Shown here piece by piece: positions 51,727 through 61,496 of a stretch of 64,000 bases of DNA. Each line of letters opens with the position of its first letter. The stretch's first letter is position 1. Origin of the DNA: an uncultured Acidobacteriota bacterium (GTDB lineage: Bacteria > Acidobacteriota > Thermoanaerobaculia > Multivoradales > SZUA-115); the NCBI GenBank assembly GCA_963805975.1, contig CAWDVR010000001.1, positions 1,312,001-1,376,000 on the forward strand, given 5' to 3'. The notes below the pieces were generated by a model, which was given only the letters and a program-made list of their open reading frames with translations, did no database searches and was not told the DNA's origin. A program made the translations under genes and the position numbers.

Positions 51727-52745
51727 CGAACGCCTCCGGCGACCGGCTGGCCCTGCGCGTCGGTGCGCGCCAGGGCCGCGGCCACGTCCGTGCGGATCGG
51801 GTAGACCGGCGCCAGCAGCCGGAAGCCGGCCTCGCGGCAGATCGCTTCCAGCCGCTCGTCGCCTTGCTCGACGTACACGCGCAGCATCAGCTTGGTCTTC
51901 CCCTTGTAGCGCGCCAGGATGGTGAGCAGAGCGTCGCGCGAGCGCTCGCGCGGCAGCTCCGGCGCGAAGTAGACCACATCGAGCGCCCGGATCTTCGCCG
52001 GCCAGTGGGTGCGCACGCGGAGGAACGCGGCGAGCCGGCCGCCCTCCACCAGGGCGTAGGAGGCGACGGTGAGCGGCGGCAGCAGCCAGCGGGCGGCGGC
52101 CGAGAGCAGGCCGCGGCGCAGCTCCCGCTCGACCAGGAACCCGCCCCGGAACTTCTCGCGGAGCGCCGTGGCCTCGGGCAGGTGGTCGAAGTCGGCGGCG
52201 GAGATCGGCGCCAGGGCCACCGGCGCGCCCGGCTCCGGGATCGCCTCGGGCCGCGCCAGGTAGAGGCTGCGCTGCGGCAGCACGGTGGTGCCGAAGGCGT
52301 CCCGGTAGGGCCGCAGGGCGCCCTGGTTGTCGATCCGGATCTCGCCGCCGCCGATCCTGCCGCCGCGTGCCGCGACCTGCTCCAGCGTGCGGCGGATCAG
52401 GCGCTTGTAGAGCCCGCGGCCACGGAGCGCGGGATCGACGGCGCCGAAGCCCTGGTACCAGGCGCCGCGGTCGGCGCGGAACGAGGCGAGAGTGCCCACC
52501 ACCCTCCGGCCGTCGACCGCCACCGAGACCTGGAAGAAGTCGAGCCCGAGCGGCGTCAGCACCAGGTTCGCCCACGCCAGCAGCCGGTAGTGGCTGCGAA
52601 AGCCCAGCACGTCCAGGCCCTGCTCCTCGTACTCGCGGCGAAAGCTCTCGGTGAGCAGCCTGCAGAGACTGTCCACGTCGCCCGGCCGGAGGGCACGGAC
52701 CACGAGGCCATGGGCGGCAGGATCGCTGGCGTGCGACTCACTCAC
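51723..52745 (-). CDS. Tandem GNAT acyltransferase
   Basis: AVDPALRGRGL motif A, N..AL..Y; second degenerate GNAT half. Confidence 0.75.
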   Translation of the reverse strand: MSESHASDPAAHGLVVRALRPGDVDSLCRLLTESFRREYEEQGLDVLGFRSHYRLLAWANLVLTPLGLDFFQVSVAVDGRRVVGTLASFRADRGAWYQGFGAVDPALRGRGLYKRLIRRTLEQVAARGGRIGGGEIRIDNQGALRPYRDAFGTTVLPQRSLYLARPEAIPEPGAPVALAPISAADFDHLPEATALREKFRGGFLVERELRRGLLSAAARWLLPPLTVASYALVEGGRLAAFLRVRTHWPAKIRALDVVYFAPELPRERSRDALLTILARYKGKTKLMLRVYVEQGDERLEAICREAGFRLLAPVYPIRTDVAAALARTDAQGQPVAGGVR

Positions 52746-53692
52746 ACCCCGGCCTCCTCCAACACTTCCGCCGCCAACTGGGCCAGGGTCACCGAGCGCC
52801 CGCCTGCCACCAGCGCGGCGAGCGTCGCCTCGAGCCGCGCCCGCCGCAGCCCGACCGGCGCGGCATAGCCCGGCACCGCGCGGTGCAGCTCGGCCTCGGT
52901 GGCCGCGAGCGAGGCCACCTCGGCAGCGTGCAGGCTGTAGTTGATCGGCAGGCGCCCGAGCCGCAGGGCCGCGAGGCCGAGCCGGAAGCCGCGCTCGCCC
53001 ACGATCTGCGAGATCGTGCTGTAGAACGGGAAGCGCAGGCCCGGCACCACGGAGAGCGGCAGCTCCACGAGGCAGGGCCCGGCAGGCCGGCGGCGGGACT
53101 CGGCCAGCGTTCCGTGGCGACGAAAGACGAAATACGGCCGCCGCCTCCCCCAGCCGTGCCACACCTTGCCCAGGCCCACGCGCCAGCGGCGGGCCTTCCA
53201 CTGGATCACCCATTTCATGGGCACCAGGAACGGTGTCGGGTTGAGCGAGGAGTCGTAGAGATAACCGCGCTCCAACAGCAGGTCCAGCAGCTCTCGATCG
53301 AGGTCGTAGGCCGGACAGCGGAAGCCGACCGCCTTCCGGCCCGCCGCGTCCTCCAGCCGCCGGCCCGCCTCGTCGATCTCCGCCGCCTTGGCCGCCGGGG
53401 CCAGGGAGCCGAAAGCGTGCGGGTGCGTGTGGCTGTGGTTGGCCACCTCGTGCCCCTCCTCCACCGCGCGCCGCAGCAGGCGCCGGGCCTGGGCGCCGCC
53501 CGCGTCGCGGCCGATGGCGAAGAAGGTGGCGCGGATGCCGAGCCTGCCGAAGAGGTCCAGGAGGTACGGCAGGGCCTCGGCCAGGAACGGATCGGAGGGC
53601 GGCTCGGCCGCCAGGCGGTAGAAGCGGCAGTAGTCGAGCGGCGCGTCGAGGTCCACCGAGACCGCCACGGTGCGCGGGCCGCCGGCGATCAT
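52742..53692 (-). CDS. Polysaccharide deacetylase (CE4)
   Basis: SVDLD, ATFF, HEVANHSHTH, GFRCP, YDSS. Confidence 0.9.
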   Translation of the reverse strand: MIAGGPRTVAVSVDLDAPLDYCRFYRLAAEPPSDPFLAEALPYLLDLFGRLGIRATFFAIGRDAGGAQARRLLRRAVEEGHEVANHSHTHPHAFGSLAPAAKAAEIDEAGRRLEDAAGRKAVGFRCPAYDLDRELLDLLLERGYLYDSSLNPTPFLVPMKWVIQWKARRWRVGLGKVWHGWGRRRPYFVFRRHGTLAESRRRPAGPCLVELPLSVVPGLRFPFYSTISQIVGERGFRLGLAALRLGRLPINYSLHAAEVASLAATEAELHRAVPGYAAPVGLRRARLEATLAALVAGGRSVTLAQLAAEVLEEAGV

Positions 53693-54876
53693 CCGGCTCC
53701 GCTCGCAGCCGGAGGAGGGCCTTGCACCAGCCGCGCCGCGATCCGCAGGCCGGCCTGGCCGTCGCCGAAGGCAGCGGTCGGCACCGCGCGACGGGCATGG
53801 TGGGCGGCATCGGTCAGCAGCCGCCCGGCCGCCGCGGCGATGCGCTCCGCGTCCGTGCCCACCAGCTCCGCGACCCCGGCCTCGACCGCTTCCAGCCGCT
53901 CGGAGGTCTGGCGCGTCACCAGCACCGGGATGCCGAGCGACGCCGCCTCTTCCTGCACGCCGCCCGAGTCGGTGATCACCAGCGCCGCCGCGGCCAGCAG
54001 CCGGACGAAAGCCGCGTAGTCGAGCGGCTCGAGGAGGTGGACGTTGGCGATCCCGGTGAGGACCTCCCGCGTGGCCGCGCGCACGTTGGGATTGAGGTGC
54101 ACCGGATAGACGATCTCGACCTCGCCCGCGTGCCGGCGCGCGATCTCCGCCAGCCCCGTGCACAGGCCGCGCAGGCCGGCGCCGAAATTTTCTCGACGGT
54201 GGCCGGTGACCAGCACCAGCCGCCGGCCGGAGGCCAGTGCGTGTTCCAGCTCCGCCAGCCCGAGGTCGGCGAGCGGCCGGGAGGCGACCCGCGGCACCAT
54301 GGCGAAGAGCGCGTCGACCACCGTGTTGCCCACCAGCTCGATCTGCGACGCGGCCACTCCTTGGGCGAGGAGGTTCTGCCGCGCCTGGGGCGTGGGCGCG
54401 AAATGGAGGTCGGCGAGGCTGCCCAGGAGTGTGCGGTTCATCTCCTCGGGGAACGGGTCGTAGCGCCGGTGAGTGCGCAGGCCCGCCTCCACGTGCGCCA
54501 CGGGGACCTGCCGGTAGAAAGCGGCGAGCGCCAGCATGGCGACGGTCGTGGTGTCGCCCTGCACCACCACCCAGCGCGGAGCGACCTCGGCGAGGAGGGC
54601 GTCGGCCGCCGACAGCAGCGCCGCCGAGAGCCCGGCCAGCGACTGGTCCGGCCGCATCACGGCGAGGTCGCGGTCGGGCGCGAGGCCGAAGACGGCGAGG
54701 ATCTGCGCCAGCATCTCGCGATGCTGGCCGCTCGACAGCAGGAAGGTCGGCGTGCCCTGAACCCGTAGGGCCTCCACCACCGGCGCCAGCTTGATGACCT
54801 CCGGCCGCGTGCCGACCACGACCATCACCGGACCGGCCTCCCGCCGGCCGCCCGCCTGCGAGCCGCCCGGCGTCAA
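53689..54876 (-). CDS. wecB: UDP-GlcNAc 2-epimerase (non-hydrolysing)
   Basis: GTRPE, GQH, QGDTTT, HVEAGLRT, PFPEE, HRREN, TDSGGVQEE. Confidence 0.95.
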   Translation of the reverse strand: MTPGGSQAGGRREAGPVMVVVGTRPEVIKLAPVVEALRVQGTPTFLLSSGQHREMLAQILAVFGLAPDRDLAVMRPDQSLAGLSAALLSAADALLAEVAPRWVVVQGDTTTVAMLALAAFYRQVPVAHVEAGLRTHRRYDPFPEEMNRTLLGSLADLHFAPTPQARQNLLAQGVAASQIELVGNTVVDALFAMVPRVASRPLADLGLAELEHALASGRRLVLVTGHRRENFGAGLRGLCTGLAEIARRHAGEVEIVYPVHLNPNVRAATREVLTGIANVHLLEPLDYAAFVRLLAAAALVITDSGGVQEEAASLGIPVLVTRQTSERLEAVEAGVAELVGTDAERIAAAAGRLLTDAAHHARRAVPTAAFGDGQAGLRIAARLVQGPPPAASGAG

Positions 54877-55793
54877 ACCGGCTGCCAGAGCACCACGCCG
54901 AGGTCGGCCGACCGCTGCACCAGGTGCTGGATGTCGAGGTACGTGAAATTGGAATCGAAGGCCAGCTCACAGCTCGTGCTGCCGGCTCCCTGAGCTTCCA
55001 CCGGGGGCCGCAGCGCGAGGCGCAGCCGGTGGTTGCCGAAGCCCTCGACCGCCGCCGGCGCCGCCAGGCAGGGCGAGCTGACGCTCACCTGCGGGGTGCC
55101 GGCGCCTTCCGCGTAGCTCAGCCGGTGCGTGCTTCCCTCGAGCCGTGGCAGGAGCAGCCGCAGCTCGAGATCGACGCCCTTCGCGCTCAAACCGGCGACC
55201 TGGAGGGTGCCGGCGTCGGTGAGCCAGCGGTGCACCAGCACCTGGCGATCGACGCTCTCCTCGGCCGGCAGCCAGCCGGGCCCGAACTCCAGCCGGGGCG
55301 CCGCGGCGTCCCCCACCGGCACCGTCACCGAGGCCAGCCGGTACTCGTTTCGACGGCCGCCGTCCCGGCCGCCCACGTCGAGAGGCCAGCGCCCCTTCGA
55401 CGCCGGTTCGTAGACCCCGAAGGTCAGGGTGTAGGTGCCGGGGGCCAGAGGCGGGTCCTGGAGCGACTGCCAGAGCTCCAAGGTGTGGCTCTCGGTGGCG
55501 CCGACCTGCCAGGCGAAGGGCAGAGCGTGGTCGAACGTGCGTTCGGGCTTGCCGCCGGAGCCGAAGAGATGAACGAACACCTGCGGGGCTCCGCTGCCGC
55601 CGGGAGCCGGGGCCAGCAGCTCCCATTTCGTTTCGATCGCGGCCGCGCGCCCGTGCGCGAGCGACACCTCGGTGCCCGGCACACCGACCCGGGCCACGGG
55701 CGGCGCGCTCTCGCCCCCACAGCCGCACACGGCGAGGAGAGCTGAGGCCAGGGCAGCGAGCGAGCGGCTGGCAGTGAGGCGGAGGTCGATCAT
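54873..55793 (-). CDS. Hypothetical lipoprotein with Ig-like domain
   Basis: Lipobox-like AVCGC; VFVHL...TFDH...LAPGTYTLTFGVY. Confidence 0.65.
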   Translation of the reverse strand: MIDLRLTASRSLAALASALLAVCGCGGESAPPVARVGVPGTEVSLAHGRAAAIETKWELLAPAPGGSGAPQVFVHLFGSGGKPERTFDHALPFAWQVGATESHTLELWQSLQDPPLAPGTYTLTFGVYEPASKGRWPLDVGGRDGGRRNEYRLASVTVPVGDAAAPRLEFGPGWLPAEESVDRQVLVHRWLTDAGTLQVAGLSAKGVDLELRLLLPRLEGSTHRLSYAEGAGTPQVSVSSPCLAAPAAVEGFGNHRLRLALRPPVEAQGAGSTSCELAFDSNFTYLDIQHLVQRSADLGVVLWQPV

Positions 55794-56199
55794 CGGGGCT
55801 CCGTCGGCGGCCCTACGGCCGGTCGTGAGGATCGAGGTTACGCAGCGCCGGCCGGTACCAAGAAGGACAGCCGGACGCCCGATTGCGCGTTCCCTAGCAA
55901 GAGCTCCGAGTCTAGCATCGGCCCCGGACTCGCCCTGCCAGCATGCTAAATTGCGACCTCAAACAAGCGCCTTCGCCGATGTGCATGCTCTCCGTGCTCA
56001 AGACGCGGCTCGCGGTGGTGACCGCCCCGTGGCGCTGCTCCTTCTCGTCACCGCCTGGTGGCTCTCCGGCCTGAGCCATCCTCCTTCCCGCTGGGCAACG
56101 TGGCGCTCGGGGCGGGTGGCACAGCCGAGATCACGCTGCCGCGGGACGACAAGTACTTCCTGGAGCTGGGGCCGGGCGCGCGGTTGGGCCGGCCGACCC

Positions 56200-58062
56200 T
56201 CAGTCCACGTAACCCAGCGCCTTGAGCTCGCGGATCTGCTGCTCGTCGAGCCGGATCGTGGGGTTGGCCTGCCGCGCCGCGCGGGCCTTGAGCACCAGGT
56301 CGGCCACCGCGTAGAGCCGCTCCGTGCCCGCCGGCGGCGCGGCGGCGAGGTTCGCCTTCTCGCCCGGATCGGCCGCCAGGTCGTAGAGCTCGGCCGGACG
56401 CTTCTCGTGGACGATCAGCTTGTAGCGCGCCGTGCGCACCGCGAGGATCGGCGCCGCGCCTTCCTCCGCGATCTCGATCACCGCCTCCTCGCAGGTGGAC
56501 GGCCGGGGCGAGCGGCTCGCGGGGTCGAGGAGCGGCATCAGGCTGCAACCCGCGATCTCGACCCGCTCGCGGATGCCCACCGCTTCGAGCAGCGTGGGCA
56601 CCAGGTCCACCAGCCGCACCGGATCCTCGACCACCCGGCCTGCGTGCTCGCCCCGCGGCAGCTTGACGATCAGCGGCACCCGCGCCAGCTCCTCGTAGGG
56701 GGTCGTCGAGTGCGAGATGAAGCCGTGCTCCAGGAAGCCGTCACCGTGGTCGGCGGTGAGCACGATCAAGCTCTTGTCGTAGAGGCCGAGCCGCTTGAGC
56801 CGCGTCAGGAGCCGGCCGATCTCGTCGTCCACGAAGCGGATCTGGCCGTCGTAGAGCGCCTCGAGCTCCTCCACCTGGGGCTCAGTCAGCGTGCGCTTGC
56901 CTTCCCGCAGCTCGGCGAGGAAGGTGCCCCAGTGGGCGAAGTCGACGCCGGCGTAGACGTCCTCGGCTCGGCCTTCTCGCCGAAACATCGCGTCGTAGGG
57001 CGGGCGCGGCCGGTAGGGGTCGTGGAGGTCGATGTAGTGCAGGTAGGTGAAGAACCCGTAGCGCCGTCCGGGCCCGGCGAGAAAGCGGCCGAACTGCTGA
57101 TGGATGCGCGAGATGGGGCCCTGCTGGTCGTGGTAGTCGAGGAACCCCTGGCCGAAGCCCATGAAGCCTCGCAGGTGGCTGTTCTGCACCCAGGCGTTGG
57201 TGAGGTAGCCGTGGCGAGCCAGCAGCTCGGCGAGGGTGGTCTCGTTCTCCGGCAGGAGATCCGAGGTGATGGCCTCGCCAGGAAACTCAGGCGTCTCGCG
57301 GCGGCTGCCCCAGTAGACGCCGTGCTGAAACGGATAACGGCCGGTGAAGATCGAGGCCACGCTCGACTTGGTGAAAGTGCTGGCGGTGACCGCCTGGCGG
57401 AAGAGCACGCTGTCTTTCGCCAGCGCATCGATGGCGGGCGAGGTCGGCCGCGGATTGCCGTAGCAGCCCAGCCGGTCGGCCCGCAGCGCATCCACCAGGA
57501 GAACGAGGACCGGCGTCTCGGGGCTGTCCTTGGCAGGGGTTCGAAAGGCTAGCCCCAGGCCCGCACTCGCCAGGACCAGGAGCGCCGAGAGTGCCAGCGG
57601 CCCGCGCCAGCGCCTCAGCCCGCCCGGCTCCGGGTGGTCCTCGCGGCGGTAGCGAGTCAGCAGGAGAAAGACCGCGACGCCGATCGCCAGCCCCGCGGCC
57701 ACGAGCAGCAGGTTGTGCTTCAGGGCATAGCCGGTGAAGAGCTCCGATGGCCGGATGCCCCAGGCGCGGTTGGCCTGGTAGCCGGCAACCGCGAGGAGCG
57801 GCGCCCCGGCCAGCGCCACCCCGAGCGCGGTACCGGCAGGGCCCGGGAACCGGCGGCCGACCGCACGGCGCCACAGCTCGTAGACCGCGAAAAAGGCCAC
57901 GGCCGCGAGCGCCGCCAAGGCCGCGGCCCGTACTACCGCCTGGGCGAGGAGCAACGGAAAGCCGGCGGCCCACCAGTGCAGCCCGTTCCAGGCGCCCACG
58001 GCGCAACCCGCGGCCAGCGCCAGGCCCAGGAGGAGCGGCCCCGCGGCGCGCAGCCCCGGCAT
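56200..58062 (-). CDS. Membrane-anchored sulfatase-like protein (~5 TM plus Thr-type domain)
   Basis: DALRADR, STFTKSSVASIFTG, DLHDPY, ADHGD, LKALGYVD. Confidence 0.88.
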   Translation of the reverse strand: MPGLRAAGPLLLGLALAAGCAVGAWNGLHWWAAGFPLLLAQAVVRAAALAALAAVAFFAVYELWRRAVGRRFPGPAGTALGVALAGAPLLAVAGYQANRAWGIRPSELFTGYALKHNLLLVAAGLAIGVAVFLLLTRYRREDHPEPGGLRRWRGPLALSALLVLASAGLGLAFRTPAKDSPETPVLVLLVDALRADRLGCYGNPRPTSPAIDALAKDSVLFRQAVTASTFTKSSVASIFTGRYPFQHGVYWGSRRETPEFPGEAITSDLLPENETTLAELLARHGYLTNAWVQNSHLRGFMGFGQGFLDYHDQQGPISRIHQQFGRFLAGPGRRYGFFTYLHYIDLHDPYRPRPPYDAMFRREGRAEDVYAGVDFAHWGTFLAELREGKRTLTEPQVEELEALYDGQIRFVDDEIGRLLTRLKRLGLYDKSLIVLTADHGDGFLEHGFISHSTTPYEELARVPLIVKLPRGEHAGRVVEDPVRLVDLVPTLLEAVGIRERVEIAGCSLMPLLDPASRSPRPSTCEEAVIEIAEEGAAPILAVRTARYKLIVHEKRPAELYDLAADPGEKANLAAAPPAGTERLYAVADLVLKARAARQANPTIRLDEQQIRELKALGYVD

Positions 58063-59294
58063 CAGCGCCCTGTCCCCGCCAGCGCCTGGCGGTACAGCCG
58101 GTCGTGAATGCCGGCGATCGAGTCCCAGTTGAGCTCCTCGCGCACCCGCCGCGCGCCGGCACGGCCGAGCGCGGATCCCCGAGCCGGGTCGGCCAGCAGC
58201 TCGCCCACCGCGGCGGCCAGGGCCGGAGGGTCCTTTTCCGGCACCAGGAGGCCGCTCTCGCCGTGGGTCACGGCCAGGGGTAGTCCCGAAACGTCGGTGC
58301 CCACCACCGGCTTGGCCGCGGCCATGGCCTCCAGCACCACGATCGGCAGGCCGTCCACGTTGCCCTTGGGATCGCGCACCGAGGGCATGACGAAGACCTC
58401 CGCGGCGGAGATCAGGGCCAGCACCTCGGGGTGGGAGAGCCCGCCGGTGAAAGTCACCCGGCCGGCGACGCCGAGCGCCTCGGCCTGCGCCCTGAGCTCG
58501 GGCAGGAGATCGCCGCCACCGCCGATCACCAGGCGCGCCCGCGGCTCGCGGGCGAGGATCGCCGGCATTGCCTCGAGCAGGTAGCGGAACCCCTTCTTGT
58601 CCACCAGGCGCCCCACGGCGACGACCGGCCGGTCGCCCGGAGCGATGCCATGGCGATGGCGGACCTCGCCGCTGTCGGCGCCTCCCTCCACCGCCGGGTC
58701 GGTGCCGTTCGGCACCAGCAGCACCTTGCTCTCGTGCTCCCGGCCGCCGACCGCGAGCAGCCGCTCTTTGAGCTCGGCACTGCAGGAGGTGAGGTGCGCG
58801 GCGCCGGCCAGCGCCCGGCGCGCCAGGCGGCGGAAAACCGGGTTGCGCTCGGCCATGAACACGTCCGAGCCATGGAGCGTCACCGCGTACGGGATGCCGG
58901 CCCGGGCCGCCGCCCGCGCCGCCACGTAGCCGTTGGGCAGGATCCAGTGGGCGTGCACCATCTCGATGCCGCGGCGGCGGATCAGCCGCACGAGCGCCCG
59001 CTCGGCGAAGGCGAAGTAGAGCGGCGCCTGTGCATACGCCCAGAGCCGGAGGCCCACGTCGCGCTTCAGGGTGCGGGAGTAGCCGAGGAGGTGCCAGCGG
59101 TCCGGCCAGACGTAGCGGAAGGCCTCGATCTCGAGCGGTGTCGCCGGGTCGGGCGCCAGCTCGGGATCGAACGGCACCAGGGCGTGGACCTGGTGGCCGC
59201 GCGCCGCCACCGCCTCCGAGAGGCGCTTGACGAACGGCCCGTGGGTGTCTCCCGGAAAGCGCGGGAAACTGTGCGCGAGAACGGCGAGGCGCAC
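58062..59294 (-). CDS. GT4 glycosyltransferase
   Basis: HAHW, LHGSD, GRLVDKKG, DGLPIVVLEAMA. Confidence 0.92.
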   Translation of the reverse strand: MRLAVLAHSFPRFPGDTHGPFVKRLSEAVAARGHQVHALVPFDPELAPDPATPLEIEAFRYVWPDRWHLLGYSRTLKRDVGLRLWAYAQAPLYFAFAERALVRLIRRRGIEMVHAHWILPNGYVAARAAARAGIPYAVTLHGSDVFMAERNPVFRRLARRALAGAAHLTSCSAELKERLLAVGGREHESKVLLVPNGTDPAVEGGADSGEVRHRHGIAPGDRPVVAVGRLVDKKGFRYLLEAMPAILAREPRARLVIGGGGDLLPELRAQAEALGVAGRVTFTGGLSHPEVLALISAAEVFVMPSVRDPKGNVDGLPIVVLEAMAAAKPVVGTDVSGLPLAVTHGESGLLVPEKDPPALAAAVGELLADPARGSALGRAGARRVREELNWDSIAGIHDRLYRQALAGTGR

Positions 59295-59301
59295 GCTTCA
59301 G

Positions 59302-60465
59302 CTACAGCGAGCGGCCGAAGTTGACCGCCATCAGCGCCAGGTCGCCGCCGTCGATGACGGTGTCGTCGTTCAGGTCGTAGAGGAAGCGGAAGCGCGGGTC
59401 TCCGAGGCGCGAGCCGAAAGCGCGGCCGATCTCGATCAGGTCCGCGCCGTCCACCCGGCCGTCCTTGTCGAAGTCGCCGTCCAGGAACTGCGTGCCGGCG
59501 ACCACGTACCAGGCGATCTCGCGATCCACGGTGTTGGCGGGGGTAGCAAGGTCCCGCGAGCGCAGGCCCAGCCGGACGATGTTGAACAGCGGCGCCGCGG
59601 GGCTCACCGAGAACACGGCGTGCCGGCTGTCCCCGACGGCCGTGGCCCCGGAGTCCGCGCCGTTGATGAACAGGCGCGTGGACGGCAGGTCGATGCCCGC
59701 TCCGAAGTCCCAGACGTGGACTGTGATCGCCTGATTCGGGCTCACGCCGCGGCCGCCGTGCTTGGGCGACAGGATGCCGTGCACCGGCGGCACCGTGTCG
59801 GCGCCGGTCAGCACCTCGAAGAACGTGCGCGCGATCAGATCGTAGCCGGCGCCGTTGGGATGGCCCACGAAGTCGTCGAACGCGGGGTCGTAGAGAGTGG
59901 CAAAGAAATTCGCCTGGCGCCCGAACACCTCGAACGGGTCCGCCAGGCGCCGGTTGCGGTTGCCCGCGATGTCGCGGATGCGGCCGTTGAGGTCGGTATT
60001 GACGAAGTTCTCCGGGTCCACGGTCGACCGCGGCGAGCGCGGGATGGTGGTGGCGTGGACCACCGACAGGCCGCGGGCCTCGGCTTTGAACGCCATCTGG
60101 TTGAGGTTGAAGCGCGTCGTCTCGAGCGACAGGCTGCGCGAGACGTCGTTGGTGCCTTCCATCAGCAGCAGCACGTCGCCGCCCTCGTTCAGCACCTGGT
60201 CGAGCCGCGTCAGGCCCTCGAGCGTGCGCTCGCCTCCCAGGCCGCGGTTCCTCACCGTGGCGTTGGGATTGCCCGGGCGCAGCAGCGCTTCCAGGCGCGC
60301 CGGGTAGCCCTCGTCGGGATCGCGACTGTCGCCCACGCCGGCGGTGATGCTGTCGCCAAAAGCCACGTAGATGTTCGGGGTCTGCGCCAGGGCCGGCGCC
60401 GCGCCCGCCGCGAGCCACGCGACGGCCAGGGATACGGGCCCGGCAAAGGACGCGCGCCGGCTCAT
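59302..60465 (-). CDS. Secreted SGNH/GDSL hydrolase with dockerin-like C-terminus
   Basis: FGDSIT, GTND, D..GHPN; GDFDKDGRVDGADL and DLNDDTVIDGGDL. Confidence 0.85.
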   Translation of the reverse strand: MSRRASFAGPVSLAVAWLAAGAAPALAQTPNIYVAFGDSITAGVGDSRDPDEGYPARLEALLRPGNPNATVRNRGLGGERTLEGLTRLDQVLNEGGDVLLLMEGTNDVSRSLSLETTRFNLNQMAFKAEARGLSVVHATTIPRSPRSTVDPENFVNTDLNGRIRDIAGNRNRRLADPFEVFGRQANFFATLYDPAFDDFVGHPNGAGYDLIARTFFEVLTGADTVPPVHGILSPKHGGRGVSPNQAITVHVWDFGAGIDLPSTRLFINGADSGATAVGDSRHAVFSVSPAAPLFNIVRLGLRSRDLATPANTVDREIAWYVVAGTQFLDGDFDKDGRVDGADLIEIGRAFGSRLGDPRFRFLYDLNDDTVIDGGDLALMAVNFGRSL

Positions 60466-61496
60466 GGGACTTGCCTCAGGCGCATGGACTCCTCCTGCTC
60501 TCTTCCCACCCAGCGCAGCCGCGGCAGGTTGCCAGGCTCCCCGATCAGTAACGGGCGGGAGCGCTCGGCGGTTTCCACCAGACCGCGAGAGGTGATGCGG
60601 CCGGTGCGGTTCAGCTCCAGGACCGCCCAGCCGTTCGGGGCCGTGGACTTGTAGAGCAGCCGGGTCGAACCGGTGCCGGCGACGAAGGTGGCATCGAGCG
60701 AGCCCGCCTCACCCACCATGCGCTCGTCGCGCACCGCGCCGCCCTCGATCCTGGCCAGCATCAGCCGGTAGTCGTTGCCGTCGTACCGGCTCCAGGCGAG
60801 CATCGCGCCGCCCCCCACGGCGGCGAGCGACGGCATCACGTCCGGCACCTGGTTGTCGGCGGACACGCGGGCCGGCGCGGCCCAACTTCCGCCCTGGCGC
60901 ACCGTCCAGAAGATCTCGTCGTCCATACCGTCGAAACGGCTCCAGGCGAGCGCCCAGGAGCCGTCCTTCAGCACCGCACCGGTCAGCGCGAGCTGGCTGC
61001 CCGTTCCCGGAGCCGCCACGCGCTCGGTGGCACCCCAGGAGCTGCCGGTCCAGGCGGCGGCATAGACCGCGAGCGATCGCGGGTCCGATCCTTCGAGCCA
61101 GGCCAGCCCCAAGAGGTGCCCCCCGGCCACCAGCGGCACCGGCTGATCGCGGACCGCGCCGCGCTGCCCGGGGGGCGGCGCGAACGGCTCCGCCGAGGCG
61201 CGTTCGCCGGTCCACAGCAGGAGCTTGCGCTGCCCGTCGAGGTCGAGATGGGTGCCGGCCGCGAGCCAGCCGCCTTCCAGGGCGGCGAGCGCCAGCAGAT
61301 CGGAGCGCTCGGGGAGCTGAATGTCCACGTGCTGCCCGGCCGAGAACTCGACGCGGGCGCCGCCGGCCGTCGGCACCAGGTACACGGCGCCGTCCGGCTG
61401 CCCGGCCTGGCGGACCTCGGTCTGGGCCTGGGCCTGGGCGGTCAGCACGGCCAGGAGCAGGAGGGAAGAAACGAAGAGAAAAGGGCGCCTCGACAT
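60462..61496 (-). CDS. Secreted hypothetical protein (beta-rich repeats)
   Basis: Signal peptide MSRRPFLF..AQA; repeated LAWSR(F/Y)DG; coupled to the SGNH gene. Confidence 0.7.
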   Translation of the reverse strand: MSRRPFLFVSSLLLLAVLTAQAQAQTEVRQAGQPDGAVYLVPTAGGARVEFSAGQHVDIQLPERSDLLALAALEGGWLAAGTHLDLDGQRKLLLWTGERASAEPFAPPPGQRGAVRDQPVPLVAGGHLLGLAWLEGSDPRSLAVYAAAWTGSSWGATERVAAPGTGSQLALTGAVLKDGSWALAWSRFDGMDDEIFWTVRQGGSWAAPARVSADNQVPDVMPSLAAVGGGAMLAWSRYDGNDYRLMLARIEGGAVRDERMVGEAGSLDATFVAGTGSTRLLYKSTAPNGWAVLELNRTGRITSRGLVETAERSRPLLIGEPGNLPRLRWVGREQEESMRLRQVP

